A stretch of DNA of 32,000 bases from Acinetobacter wanghuae (GCF_009557235.1 NZ_CP045650.1:30001-62000); one strand, 5' to 3'. Positions 17,140-26,662 are shown, counted from the stretch's first letter. Numbers and translations: made by a program. The notes: generated by a model not told the origin, from the sequence alone.

Positions 17140-18486
17140 CTAAATCCTTTTCTTACAGACTAAGGAATTACGCTGATAGTTATAGAGTTCCTGACGCGCA
17201 CTTGGTAGATCATCTACGCTTGCCTGCTCAAAACCATGTTCTAAGAACCAATGCGCAGTGCGCGTGGTTAAAATAAACAATTGTTGAATGCCCAAGCTAC
17301 GTGCTTTTTCTTCCAGATAATGCAAAATTTGGCTACCACGATTCGATTTTCGATAGCTTGGATGCACTGCAACACAGGCGATTTCTGCAGATCTTAACTC
17401 ATCACCTGTGGCTGGAATCGGGTAGAGTGCCGCACATGCCAAAATCATACCGTCACGTTCAATTACAGCGAATTGTTCAATTTCACTTTCGAGACGTTCA
17501 CGTGAGCGATAGACCAAAATGCCTTGTTGTTCTAGCGGGCGCAGTAAACTGATTAAACCGCGGACGTCTTGAATATTGGCCATACGCACTTCTTCATAAT
17601 GCGCATCGGTAATCATCGTACCGCAACCATCACGGGTAAATAGTTCCTCAACCAATGCACCATCATGTGCATAAGACAATAAATGCACCCGATTAATGCC
17701 TTTCATCGACGCTATTTGTGCTGCACGTAGTAGCATCACCCATTGCGGCTGTTGTTGCTGATACTGCTCAATATATTGATCGAGTTGTTGTGAGCTAATT
17801 TCACGTAGCATGTCTTGATGCTGATTAAATAATCCGGGTTGTTCTCCCAAGAAAATTAATTTATCTGCTTGAATGGAAATGGCGGTTTTTGTTGCGACTT
17901 CCTCCGTCAGCAAATTAAAGACTTCACCTGTGGTCGAATAGCCGCTTGGACCGAGGAGCACAATATTATGATTATCTAAATGGCGTTGAATGGCGTCAGT
18001 ATCGACACTACGAACTTCACCTGTGAGCTGAAAATCCACACCATCACGAATACCGTAGGGTTTTGCGGTAATAAAATTACCTGAGACCACATCAATACGT
18101 GCACCATACATCGGTGAGTTGGCAAGTCCCATCGACAGTTGTGCTTCGATTTGCAAACGAATTGCACCGACTGCACTCATGACGCTATTTAATGATTCGC
18201 GTGTTGTGACCCGAATGTCTTCATGGAACGGTGTTTCAATTTTGCTTTGTGATAGTTGTGCGTTAATTTGTGGACGTGCGCCATGGACTAAAATCAAACG
18301 AATGCCAAGTGAATGTAACAGGGCGATATCATGAATAATGTGCTGAAAATTTTCATGTTGCACAGCTTCGCCATCGAACATAATGACAAAGGTTTTATTA
18401 CGATGCGCATTGATATAGGGTGCAGAATGCCGAAACCAATGCACATATTGTAATGGTGTGCTTTGTGTCATATCAGCTGAATTCAT
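17140..18486 (-). CDS. argA: amino-acid N-acetyltransferase (N-acetylglutamate synthase)
   Basis: 448 aa. N-terminal amino-acid-kinase fold plus C-terminal GNAT domain (ACVAVHPSYRKSNRGSQIL), collinear with ArgA. Confidence 0.93.
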   Translation of the reverse strand: MNSADMTQSTPLQYVHWFRHSAPYINAHRNKTFVIMFDGEAVQHENFQHIIHDIALLHSLGIRLILVHGARPQINAQLSQSKIETPFHEDIRVTTRESLNSVMSAVGAIRLQIEAQLSMGLANSPMYGARIDVVSGNFITAKPYGIRDGVDFQLTGEVRSVDTDAIQRHLDNHNIVLLGPSGYSTTGEVFNLLTEEVATKTAISIQADKLIFLGEQPGLFNQHQDMLREISSQQLDQYIEQYQQQQPQWVMLLRAAQIASMKGINRVHLLSYAHDGALVEELFTRDGCGTMITDAHYEEVRMANIQDVRGLISLLRPLEQQGILVYRSRERLESEIEQFAVIERDGMILACAALYPIPATGDELRSAEIACVAVHPSYRKSNRGSQILHYLEEKARSLGIQQLFILTTRTAHWFLEHGFEQASVDDLPSARQELYNYQRNSLVCKKRI

Positions 18487-18563
18487 GCGTTGACCTATTT
18501 AAAGAGAAAATTTTTCTTAAGTTTGATTCTAATGCAAAAAATGACAAGTGGAAGTGCAGACAT

Positions 18564-18594
18564 AAAAAAACACCTGAAACTTTGGTTCAGGTGT
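18564..18594 (-). terminator. rho-independent terminator after the first RcnB-like gene
   Basis: Minus strand: ACACCUGAA...UUCAGGUGU hairpin followed by U7. Confidence 0.85.
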
Positions 18595-18635
18595 AAGTGG
18601 AGAACTTTTAAATAGCGATGATGTGACTGACATCA

Positions 18636-19013
18636 TTAATTCATAATGCGAATGATCTTGTTATTACGTTCATTCACAAGGACATAGTCACCATTTACTT
18701 TATACCATTGCTGATAACGGCCAGCATTTGGCAAACGACGTGCATCACGGTCGCTGACTTTGAAGCTTCGTGAATCATATTGACGCGGTAAAGTTTGACC
18801 TACTCGCCAATCACGACTTGGATTTACACTACGTTGTTTATAGCGCTGTGCATCATTCCATTTTTGATTGTTTTTATGATCCCAATGCGCTTTTGGCGGA
18901 TGTTGGTTATTGAAACGTGGATCATGTTGAGGTGCTGCCATTGCAGAACTTGCAATGAATGCACTCATCGATAAAGCCACAGTAGCGAACAACGTTTTAA
19001 GTGTAGTTTTCAT
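18636..19013 (-). CDS. RcnB-family (YohN-like) periplasmic protein with a His-rich N-terminal region
   Basis: Signal peptide ending AMA. The C-terminal pattern G.TLP..Y....FKV.D...LPNAG...WYKVNGDYVLV......I matches the RcnB fold signature. ATG 19013 is preceded by GAGGTGAAGG. Confidence 0.75.
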   Translation of the reverse strand: MKTTLKTLFATVALSMSAFIASSAMAAPQHDPRFNNQHPPKAHWDHKNNQKWNDAQRYKQRSVNPSRDWRVGQTLPRQYDSRSFKVSDRDARRLPNAGRYQQWYKVNGDYVLVNERNNKIIRIMN

Positions 19014-19161
19014 AGCCTTCACCTCAGCATATAAATGATCTATTCGATAGGAATACATTAGCCAATGAGTGGTGAGAAAGCGTGAGCAGTCTGAAGTAGA
19101 TGTGTTAAATGTATGGAGAAATTACAGAGAAGATGAGTTAAGAGGGCGCAGTATTATCTAC

Positions 19162-19188
19162 AAAAAAAGACCCACATTGGGGTCTTTT
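19162..19188 (-). terminator. rho-independent (bidirectional-looking) terminator after the second RcnB-like gene
   Basis: aagaccc-acattg-gggtctt hairpin flanked by an A-run and a T-run. Confidence 0.85.
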
Positions 19189-19205
19189 GATCAGGTCACA
19201 CAGGG

Positions 19206-19592
19206 TTAATTGGCAATACGAACAATACTGTTGCTATCAGAGTCGACTAAAATAAAATCGTTGTTCACTTTGTACCATTGCTGCTTGCGATCAGGTCGTG
19301 GCAAATTGTGTTCTTTAAAACCCACTTTGTATCCACTGCTGCGATAATGCTGCGGCATCACATAGCCAGGCTGCCATTTAATTTGTTGTAAGCGTTTAAC
19401 ACCGCGCTCTTCACGCATACGACGTTTATCCGCGTTCTGATCACTGTTGTAATCGCGAAATTCGCGCGACTTTTTGCCATTATCATGATGATCAGCACGT
19501 GAATCATGCTCAAAATGAGGGGCAGCTGTCGCAACATTGGTCAGTGTCAATGCACTTAGCGACATGACTAACATCATTAAAGCTTTTTTCAT
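19206..19592 (-). CDS. RcnB-family periplasmic protein, paralogue 2
   Basis: Signal peptide ending ATA, His/Asp-rich segment HFEHDSRADHHDNG, and the same C-terminal signature (W.PGYVMP..Y...GYKV......LP.P....QWYKVNNDFILV). Confidence 0.75.
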   Translation of the reverse strand: MKKALMMLVMSLSALTLTNVATAAPHFEHDSRADHHDNGKKSREFRDYNSDQNADKRRMREERGVKRLQQIKWQPGYVMPQHYRSSGYKVGFKEHNLPRPDRKQQWYKVNNDFILVDSDSNSIVRIAN

Positions 19593-19842
19593 TCTGAACC
19601 CTCATTCAATTGTTCATTTTCTAGAATACTAATGTACGTAATAAATGCAGAGAAACTGTGAAGATCAATCAAGAGTTTTTTTAATAAATCAGCAATCATG
19701 AAGATTATGACATGATTTTAGAGCATTTTTAAACGCTAGAGCGACTTTAAAATCTGATCAGCGGCTAAAACTCAATATGCTGTAAATAACGTGTTAAAAG
19801 CCGAATACAACGACTTAGCCACTGAATTCGATTCTACGTGGC

Positions 19843-19998
19843 TTAATTCCAATGTTCAGATAAACATTGTAAAGATTGGATCGCTGTGACAATAGATTCA
19901 GCTTGAATAGCATCATCTAAACCTTTAATGAGGCTATCAGAGAGTTGTAAACGTTGAATGCGACGAATGGTCTCTGTTTTACGAATTTGATCAGTCAT
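19843..19998 (-). CDS. candidate small protein, 51 aa, unknown function
   Basis: ATG 19998 is preceded by AAGGAA at 7-nt spacing. The ORF reads MTDQIRKTETIRRIQRLQLSDSLIKGLDDAIQAESIVTAIQSLQCLSEHWN and ends at TAA 19843-19845. It is below the ORF-track length cutoff. Confidence 0.45.
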   Translation of the reverse strand: MTDQIRKTETIRRIQRLQLSDSLIKGLDDAIQAESIVTAIQSLQCLSEHWN

Positions 19999-20173
19999 GG
20001 CGTGTTCCTTAGCGCGTATTTCTTGAATGCCCTGACTATAGAGAAAATAATATAATTTATAAAACCGAATATATTTATGATTTAAATATGAAAAACCGAT
20101 GATCAGGGTTTTAAAAATGAGCGCAAAAAAAGCACACCCATGAAAGATATGCTTTTTTATGAAAATGAGTAGC

Positions 20174-20593
20174 TCAATAGGCGTAATTAAAATCTGTATA
20201 ATCAGTCAGTGATTTTTGAATATGGGCTTGAATAAAACTGCGAATGTCATCTGTGGTCATGGCTTTGCCCTGATTTGAAACAATATGTTCAATTTCTGGC
20301 TGACCATCAATTTTAATTCGATAAGCAAAATTTTTAGCTAAGCGATAGCCGTCATCTAATTTTTCTACGCCAGTCACGTAGTAATAAGAATGCTCAAAAT
20401 TAAGATCGGTATGAGAAAAAATAAATTGATCGAAGAGTTTCAGTTTTTGACCATTTTCGAGTGCCTTGATGTCATCCACGATACTCGTTTCAAATTTCAT
20501 CCCGAATTTTTCAGAAATCGGTTGTTGGTCAATCAGTAGCGATACCATGCCATCGTCTAGGATGGTGACAGTGATGTTATTTAAATCAGCCAT
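20174..20593 (-). CDS. hypothetical acidic cytoplasmic protein, 139 aa
   Basis: Clean ORF with no signal peptide or TM helix and no motif I can assign. Flanked by its own terminator-like hairpins. Confidence 0.6.
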   Translation of the reverse strand: MADLNNITVTILDDGMVSLLIDQQPISEKFGMKFETSIVDDIKALENGQKLKLFDQFIFSHTDLNFEHSYYYVTGVEKLDDGYRLAKNFAYRIKIDGQPEIEHIVSNQGKAMTTDDIRSFIQAHIQKSLTDYTDFNYAY

Positions 20594-20716
20594 GATTTAC
20601 TCGAATCAAAAAATATAGGGCTTAGTATGGATATATTTTGATTAAACTCAATCTTGGGTTTTGATGTTTGCTGAATATTTGCGCAGAAACTTAAGCTGTA
20701 ATGCAAGGTTGCAAAT

Positions 20717-20744
20717 AAAAGCCAGTTCACTTGAACTGGCTTTT
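20717..20744 (-). terminator. rho-independent terminator after the SDR gene
   Basis: aaaagccagttc-actt-gaactggctttt perfect hairpin with flanking A/T runs. Confidence 0.85.
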
Positions 20745-20763
20745 ATTCATTTAGCAAAAGATT

Positions 20764-21510
20764 TTAATCTTGGGCATCAATGCTTTGACCATTTAAATGA
20801 TTGCTATCTTCACCCATCAAATACAAATATGCCGGCATAATCGATTCAGGTGTCGGTAATGTTAATGGATCTTCATTTGGATAGGCTTTAGCGCGCATAC
20901 CAGTACGTGTTGCACCGGGATTAATACAGTTAAAGCGAATATTTGGATGCATGTTTTCTTTAGCAAATAGGGTGCTCACTGCTTCGATCGCAATTTTTGA
21001 AACCGAATACGCGCCCCAATTTTCCCGTGCTTCACGTCCTACACCAGAACTGGCAAATACTACTGAGGCATTTTCAGATTTTTGTAGCAAAGGCAGTAAT
21101 TCTTGCGTCAGCACAAAAGGCGCACGTAAATTAACCGCCATCACATCGTCCCAAACTTCAGGCGAATAATGCGCGAGTTGTGTACGATCACCCAAAATAC
21201 CCGCATTATGCAAAATGCCATCTAAACGTCCGAATTGACGATCGAGGGTATCGACCAATAATTCATAATCGCGCTCAGAGGCGCTTGAAAGCTGTAAAGG
21301 TAAAATGGCAGGTTGCGGTGCACCTAAACTCTCAATTTCATCATAAATGACTTCAAGTTTGTTCAAGGTACGCCCATGCAGCACCACTGTTGCACCATGC
21401 AGGGCATAGCTGATGGCAGCTGCACGACCAATACCATCGCCCGCACCTGTAATTAGGATGATGCGATCTTTGAGTAGATCGGGGCGAGGTTGATATTCTG
21501 AATATTTCAC
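20764..21510 (-). CDS. yciK: short-chain dehydrogenase/reductase, YciK-like
   Basis: TGAGDGIGRAAA cofactor motif and YSVSK catalytic motif. Position after ubiG and the HAD phosphatase matches the arrangement in other gammaproteobacteria. Confidence 0.8.
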   Translation of the reverse strand: MKYSEYQPRPDLLKDRIILITGAGDGIGRAAAISYALHGATVVLHGRTLNKLEVIYDEIESLGAPQPAILPLQLSSASERDYELLVDTLDRQFGRLDGILHNAGILGDRTQLAHYSPEVWDDVMAVNLRAPFVLTQELLPLLQKSENASVVFASSGVGREARENWGAYSVSKIAIEAVSTLFAKENMHPNIRFNCINPGATRTGMRAKAYPNEDPLTLPTPESIMPAYLYLMGEDSNHLNGQSIDAQD

Positions 21511-21556
21511 AATCTACCTCCTCAATTATTATTGTTAATAAAAATTTAAATCAGCT

Positions 21557-22240
21557 TTAAACCGATGCTTTCGCAAAAAGCAAAGCTTCAAGCTGTTGTT
21601 GTAATTCGGGTACTGTGTTGACTATACAATCTGCTTGCCACGCTGTTAAGTCATCTTTGTACTGGAGTGGTAAGTATCCGTAAGCAGCCAAAATGGTATA
21701 CATACCTGCGGCACGACCTGCATCAATATCACGTGGATGGTCACCCACATAAATACAATCCTCAGCCGCAAGATGGATCTGTTTGGCTGCCAAATACATC
21801 GGCTCAGGATCGGGCTTGGTTTTTGTGACATCTTCAGGGCAGACTAAAACGGCACAACGTGCAGTTAAATTCAGTGCTTGCAATAATGCTTCACTCAACC
21901 AACGTGGTTTATTGGTGACAATACCCCATGGAATTTCCTGTGCTTCTAAAGCTTCAAGTAGTGAGTACATGCCAGAAAATAAATCAGTATCGACGGCAAT
22001 ATCTGCCCCATAACTGTCTAAGAAACGCTGACGATGCGCAAGGAAAATCGGATCATCTACGTCAAGTTCGGGATAAACCAATTTCACCATCGCACGTGCA
22101 CCTTCCGATACTTGGGTACGAATAAGATCAGCTGCAACGACTTCACGACCTTCTTCACGGCACATGTGTTGAATGATACGAATAAAGTCTGCTGCGGTAT
22201 CAATTAAGGTGCCATCAAGGTCAAAGAGAACTGCTTTCAT
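21557..22240 (-). CDS. HAD-superfamily phosphatase (phosphoglycolate phosphatase / MupP-like MurNAc-6-P phosphatase)
   Basis: DLDGTLIDT motif I, VTNK motif II, and [14 protein letters not shown] motifs III/IV. Its ATG overlaps the ubiG stop (ATGA). Confidence 0.85.
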   Translation of the reverse strand: MKAVLFDLDGTLIDTAADFIRIIQHMCREEGREVVAADLIRTQVSEGARAMVKLVYPELDVDDPIFLAHRQRFLDSYGADIAVDTDLFSGMYSLLEALEAQEIPWGIVTNKPRWLSEALLQALNLTARCAVLVCPEDVTKTKPDPEPMYLAAKQIHLAAEDCIYVGDHPRDIDAGRAAGMYTILAAYGYLPLQYKDDLTAWQADCIVNTVPELQQQLEALLFAKASV

Positions 22241-22965
22241 TCAGCAGTCTCGTTTTGGCTTTCTTTTTGTGTATAGACCATATAGTTCACATCTACATTC
22301 GGTGCTAACCAATAACGTTTGGTGAGTGGATTGTAGTGTAACCCTGTCATATCTTTCAGTTTAAGACCTGTCTCACGAATATCATGTGCAAGTTCAGACG
22401 GCTTAATAAATTTGCTGTAATCATGGGTGCCTTTGGCTAACATGCGTAGCACATATTCTGCACCGACAATCGCAAATAAATAGGCTTTTGGATTACGGTT
22501 AATGGTCGAGAAGAACACATGGCCATTTGGTTTTACCAATTTATAACAAGCTTGAATAATAGAAGCCGGATCTGGAACATGCTCTAACATTTCCATACAG
22601 GTTACGACGTCATATTGACCGGTTTGTTCTTCTGCGAGCTGTTCGACTGTAATTTGACGATATTCAATATTGTGAACGCCTTCTTGCTCCGCATGAATAC
22701 GCGCAACATTTAAAGGCGCTAAGCCCATGTCAATGCCAAGCACATTCGCGCCACGACGCGCCATACTTTCTGCCAAAATGCCGCCACCGCAGCCAACATC
22801 AAGGACTTTTTTGCCTTGTATGCCGCCTGCATGTTCATCAATCCAATTCAGGCGCAGTGGATTAATCATATGTAGTGGGCGGAACTCAGAATGCTGATCC
22901 CACCAGATAGCAGCAAATGCTTCAAATTTAGCAATTTCTTGTGGATCAACATTCAGTTGCGACAT
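22237..22965 (-). CDS. ubiG: bifunctional 3-demethylubiquinol 3-O-methyltransferase / 2-polyprenyl-6-hydroxyphenol methylase
   Basis: SAM motif [13 protein letters not shown] and collinearity with UbiG. Start moved to ATG 22965, preceded by GAGGTGA. Confidence 0.92.
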   Translation of the reverse strand: MSQLNVDPQEIAKFEAFAAIWWDQHSEFRPLHMINPLRLNWIDEHAGGIQGKKVLDVGCGGGILAESMARRGANVLGIDMGLAPLNVARIHAEQEGVHNIEYRQITVEQLAEEQTGQYDVVTCMEMLEHVPDPASIIQACYKLVKPNGHVFFSTINRNPKAYLFAIVGAEYVLRMLAKGTHDYSKFIKPSELAHDIRETGLKLKDMTGLHYNPLTKRYWLAPNVDVNYMVYTQKESQNETAE

Positions 22966-23186
22966 CGGTGTCACCTCAATCAGGTTTTTATCATTTAAAA
23001 TAGGGTCGAGCTTTGGCTGATCACCGATTAAATCAAGTGAATCAGCAGCATTGTTTAGTGTAGCGATTCTGTCAGAAAAAGCGATAAAAGCAGTAAAAAA
23101 CTTCACAGAATGAAAACGAAATCGGCATATTTGATTTATAGTATCGGCATAAGCTAATCATAATGATGTTGAGGACTATAAGTTCA

Positions 23187-23804
23187 ATGAAAAAATTCCT
23201 TTTCAGTGGCGTTGCAGCTGCTCTTTTTGCTTTTTCTGGCAGTTCAATGGCTGCCAACTTTGTGGCAGGTCAAGACTATCAAGTCGTTCCACACCCAGTC
23301 AAAGTTGAAAAACCAGGTAAAATCGAAGTTCGTGAATTTTTTTGGTATGGCTGTCCGCATTGCTTTACATTAGAACCGCATATGCAAACTTGGTTGAAGA
23401 AAATTCCTAAAGATGTCCGTTTTGTACGTACACCTGCAGCGATGAATCCGCTTTGGGAACAAGGTGCGCGTGCTTATTATGCATCTGAGCTATTAGGTGT
23501 GCGTCAAAAAGCGCATATTCAATTGTTTGAAGAAATTCATAAGCGTCAAAAGAATATTTTAGAACAAGCAGCATTTGCGAAGTTCTATACGCGCTACGGT
23601 GTATCTGAAGCGAAATTCAACTCAACTTTTAAATCATTCCCTGTGACCTCAAAAGTGGCGCAAGCAAAACGTTTAGCACAAACCTATCAGTTAAGTGGTG
23701 TGCCAGCAGTTGTGGTAAATGGTAAATATATTGTTCAAGGTGAAGATCAAAAAGTGATTCAAGTGATGAATTATTTGATCGAAAAAGAACGTAAAGCCAA
23801 ATAA
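23187..23804 (+). CDS. dsbA: thiol:disulfide interchange protein DsbA
   Basis: Signal peptide ending SMA and the thioredoxin active site WYGCPHCF. ATG 23187 lies after GAGGAC. Confidence 0.92.
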   Translation: MKKFLFSGVAAALFAFSGSSMAANFVAGQDYQVVPHPVKVEKPGKIEVREFFWYGCPHCFTLEPHMQTWLKKIPKDVRFVRTPAAMNPLWEQGARAYYASELLGVRQKAHIQLFEEIHKRQKNILEQAAFAKFYTRYGVSEAKFNSTFKSFPVTSKVAQAKRLAQTYQLSGVPAVVVNGKYIVQGEDQKVIQVMNYLIEKERKAK

Positions 23805-23818
23805 AGTCATGTCACTTT

Positions 23819-23847
23819 AAAAAAGCCCGTGTTAAGCGGGTTTTTTT
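23819..23847. terminator. bidirectional terminator shared by dsbA and the convergent TetR gene
   Basis: A-run, gcccg-tgttaag-cgggt hairpin, then T7. The last codons and stop of the minus-strand TetR gene lie inside the hairpin. Confidence 0.8.
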
Positions 23848-24473
23848 ATATTCATACTTTCATATAAAAATTGAATTTTAGCTAAAGAGAAGTCCTCTAG
23901 TGCTTTTTGTTTTTGCTGTTGTATTTCTTCTGAATAGAGCAGTTGAATATTTAAGCATTCAGTTGCAAAACTCAGCAACAATTGTAGAAATAACTCAGCA
24001 GCCAGTTCAATTTTTTTAGGGTCTTTTAATGCGTAAAAATCGGGTAGATCGGCTAAACGAGATACGATATCTTGTAATAAAAAATCATATTCACGCTGTA
24101 ATGCATGTCTGATTTCAAACGGTCCATTTGAGCGACCTGAAATAAAAAAATGCCATGTCTCTTTAGAAGCAATCACAGATGTAAAGAAAAAATCTGCGCG
24201 CTGTTGGATGTTGGCTGCGGGCTGTTGAATCATCATTTTACCAAGATGATGTATGACGTGACGGACATCGTGGGATGCTTGATCAACCAGTTCTAAACCC
24301 AGTTGCTGCATATCGTCAAAATGTCGATAAAACGCAGTAGGTACTCGGTCAACAGTTTGACTTAGTTCTCGTAAGCTCACGCACGAAAAGCTGCCTTTTT
24401 CATAGCAAAGCTTCAATGCAGCATTAATAAATGCCTGATGTGTCTGTTGTTTTTTCTCATCACGGACAGACAT
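23832..24473 (-). CDS. fabR: TetR-family regulator, FabR/DesT-like
   Basis: The N-terminal HTH block SLRELSQTVDRVPTAFYRHFDDMQQLGLELVD closely parallels E. coli FabR ([32 protein letters not shown]). Confidence 0.65.
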   Translation of the reverse strand: MSVRDEKKQQTHQAFINAALKLCYEKGSFSCVSLRELSQTVDRVPTAFYRHFDDMQQLGLELVDQASHDVRHVIHHLGKMMIQQPAANIQQRADFFFTSVIASKETWHFFISGRSNGPFEIRHALQREYDFLLQDIVSRLADLPDFYALKDPKKIELAAELFLQLLLSFATECLNIQLLYSEEIQQQKQKALEDFSLAKIQFLYESMNIKKPA

Positions 24474-24637
24474 ATTTCCCCCATTTTTTATGCCATATAG
24501 TCTAACAAAAATGCCAAGCTAAAACTGTATTTTCATGAATGTATCCTTTTGCAAAAGCACAACGACTCCACGCCTGTTTAAACATGGCATCTGATATACT
24601 ATGCTCAGTTAAATTTAGCCATTATTTAGGACACATT

Positions 24638-25354
24638 ATGCGTATCGACCAACGAACTTTAGATCAATTGCGTGACGTTAAAATCACCCGTAACTACACA
24701 CGTTATGCAGAAGGTTCTGTATTGGTTGAATTTGGTCATACCAAAGTTTTGTGTACTGCAAGTATTGATCATTCAGTACCACGTTTCTTAAAAGGTCAGG
24801 GTCAAGGTTGGATCACTGCGGAATACGGCATGTTGCCACGTTCAACACATACGCGTAGCGATCGTGAAGCTGCACGTGGTAAACAAAGTGGTCGTACTCA
24901 AGAAATCCAACGTTTAATTGGCCGTAGCTTACGTGCCATGGTCGATTTGAAAAAATTGGGTGAAAACACGATTACAATCGATTGTGATGTGATTCAAGCG
25001 GATGGCGGTACACGTACTGCATCTATTACGGGTGCAGCAGTGGCATTGATTGATGCGATGAATGTTTTGCTTGAGAAGAAAAAAATTAAACAAGATCCAC
25101 TAAAAGGTCTCGTTGCAGCCGTGTCTGTCGGTATTTTTAAAGATGAAGTGTTGTTAGACCTTTGTTATGAAGAAGATTCAAACTGCCAAACTGACTTAAA
25201 TGTGGTGATGACACAAGCAGGTGAGTTCATTGAAATTCAAGGTACTGCGGAAGAAAAACCATTTACCCGTGCTCAATCTAATGCAATGCTTGAAATGGCT
25301 GAAAAAGGTATTCAAGAGTTGATTAAGAAGCAACAAGAAGCTTTAGGTTGGTAA
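24638..25354 (+). CDS. rph: ribonuclease PH
   Basis: MRIDQR...[28 protein letters not shown] and [19 protein letters not shown]. The start is the internal ATG 24638. Confidence 0.95.
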   Translation: MRIDQRTLDQLRDVKITRNYTRYAEGSVLVEFGHTKVLCTASIDHSVPRFLKGQGQGWITAEYGMLPRSTHTRSDREAARGKQSGRTQEIQRLIGRSLRAMVDLKKLGENTITIDCDVIQADGGTRTASITGAAVALIDAMNVLLEKKKIKQDPLKGLVAAVSVGIFKDEVLLDLCYEEDSNCQTDLNVVMTQAGEFIEIQGTAEEKPFTRAQSNAMLEMAEKGIQELIKKQQEALGW

Positions 25355-25370
25355 TCACTCATCGTCTTCA

Positions 25371-25397
25371 AAAACGCATCTTCGGATGCGTTTTTTT
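25371..25397 (+). terminator. rho-independent terminator of rph
   Basis: aaaacgcatc-ttcg-gatgcgtttt hairpin followed by a T-run. Confidence 0.9.
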
Positions 25398-25497
25398 ATG
25401 CCCAACATCTGCTCACAAAACCCACACAATATGCGACTACTGCGTAGCGCTTTTTTCACAAATAGTAAGGAGCATAAAAAACGAAAAGGAGTTGAGC

Positions 25498-25704
25498 ATG
25501 AAATATTATGGCATTGGCTTGGCAATGATTGCAGTTCTAGGTTTAAGCGCATGTGATCGCTCGAATCAGGATGATGAAGCACGTGATCGTTCGGTGTTGT
25601 CGCAAGATCGAGATGATGATGAACGCGATGAGCAAAAGAATGATCGAAATGATGATGACCGTGACGACCGTCAAGACAAAAACGACCGCGATGACGACGA
25701 TTAA
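25498..25704 (+). CDS. small lipoprotein (68 aa) with an Asp/Arg-rich low-complexity tail
   Basis: AAAGGAG RBS lies 5 nt before ATG 25498. Signal peptide with lipobox LSAC, followed by about 48 residues of almost only D, R, E, N, Q and K. Confidence 0.7.
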   Translation: MKYYGIGLAMIAVLGLSACDRSNQDDEARDRSVLSQDRDDDERDEQKNDRNDDDRDDRQDKNDRDDDD

Positions 25705-25769
25705 GGCTGAATTTTAGGTTTTTAACGAAAAATAGTGCAAAAAAATGCGCTAAAAAAATCGAAAAAAAT

Positions 25770-25792
25770 AAAAAAGGGTGCTTCGCACCCTC
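25770..25792 (-). terminator. rho-independent terminator after nadC
   Basis: Minus strand: AGGGUGCGAAGCACCCU hairpin followed by a U-run. Confidence 0.85.
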
Positions 25793-25816
25793 TAAGGTCA
25801 TGTGATTCACGGCAGT

Positions 25817-26662
25817 TTAAGCATTAAATCGCATCGACAAATCGACAGCTTTCACGTCTTTAGTCAGTACACCCATCGAAATATAATCAACGCCAGAACT
25901 TGCCACTTCACGCAAATTTTCAATGGTGATATTACCTGATGCTTCAAGTTTGCAACGTCCTGCGACATGTTCCACTGCATCAATCATTTGTTGCTGACTA
26001 AAATTATCGAGCATGACAATATCGGCTTTTGCAGCTAAAGCTTGATTCAGTTCATCCCATGTTTCAACTTCAACTTCGACCAATTTTCCGGGCGCAATTG
26101 AATGCGCTTTTTCAATGGCTTGTTGAATCCCACCTGCTGCCATAATATGATTTTCTTTAATCAAAAAAGCGTCAAATAGACCTAAACGATGGTTTTGACC
26201 ACCGCCAACAGCCACCGCATATTTTTGTGCAATACGCAGTCCAGGAATCGTCTTACGCGTATCCAATAATTTGGTATTGAGTCCCTCGAGTTCTTTGACG
26301 TAAAGCGCCGTCTTGGTCGCAACAGCCGATAATGTTTGAATAAAATTCAGTGCTGGGCGTTCAACAGTAAGTAGACTACGTGCCGATCCTGCTAGTTTTA
26401 AAAAAGCCTCATTGGCAGCAACACGATCGCCTTCCTTTTTCAGCCACGTGATTTCAACAGAAGCATCATAAGCCTGAATAAGCGCGTTGACCCAAGGTTG
26501 ACCGGCAAGCACCATATCATCACGGCTAATAATAGTGGCAGTGGCTTGTTCGGTTTCAGGCGTCAAAAGTGCAGTGATATCACCATCGCCAATATCTTCA
26601 GCGAGGGCGTGTTGAATATTGATTTGAATCGACTGTTCTAGCAAAGCTTGAGATATGCTCAT
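25817..26662 (-). CDS. nadC: nicotinate-nucleotide diphosphorylase (carboxylating)
   Basis: 281 aa with the VGGGQNHRLGLFDAFLIKENH motif typical of quinolinate phosphoribosyltransferase. Confidence 0.93.
   Translation of the reverse strand: MSISQALLEQSIQINIQHALAEDIGDGDITALLTPETEQATATIISRDDMVLAGQPWVNALIQAYDASVEITWLKKEGDRVAANEAFLKLAGSARSLLTVERPALNFIQTLSAVATKTALYVKELEGLNTKLLDTRKTIPGLRIAQKYAVAVGGGQNHRLGLFDAFLIKENHIMAAGGIQQAIEKAHSIAPGKLVEVEVETWDELNQALAAKADIVMLDNFSQQQMIDAVEHVAGRCKLEASGNITIENLREVASSGVDYISMGVLTKDVKAVDLSMRFNA

Noticed and set aside
18487-18560. 13-bp palindrome agaaaatttttct upstream of argA as a possible ArgR (ARG box) operator
   Set aside because: It does not match the ARG-box core (TGAAT-N4-ATTCA) and is a simple A/T run palindrome. 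The evidence is insufficient.
25355-25810. 151-aa minus-strand ORF antisense to the small lipoprotein gene
   Set aside because: It spans both the rph and nadC terminators. Its His/Arg-rich, low-complexity sequence mirrors the GAT/GAC-rich sense strand, and it has no RBS. It is a shadow ORF.
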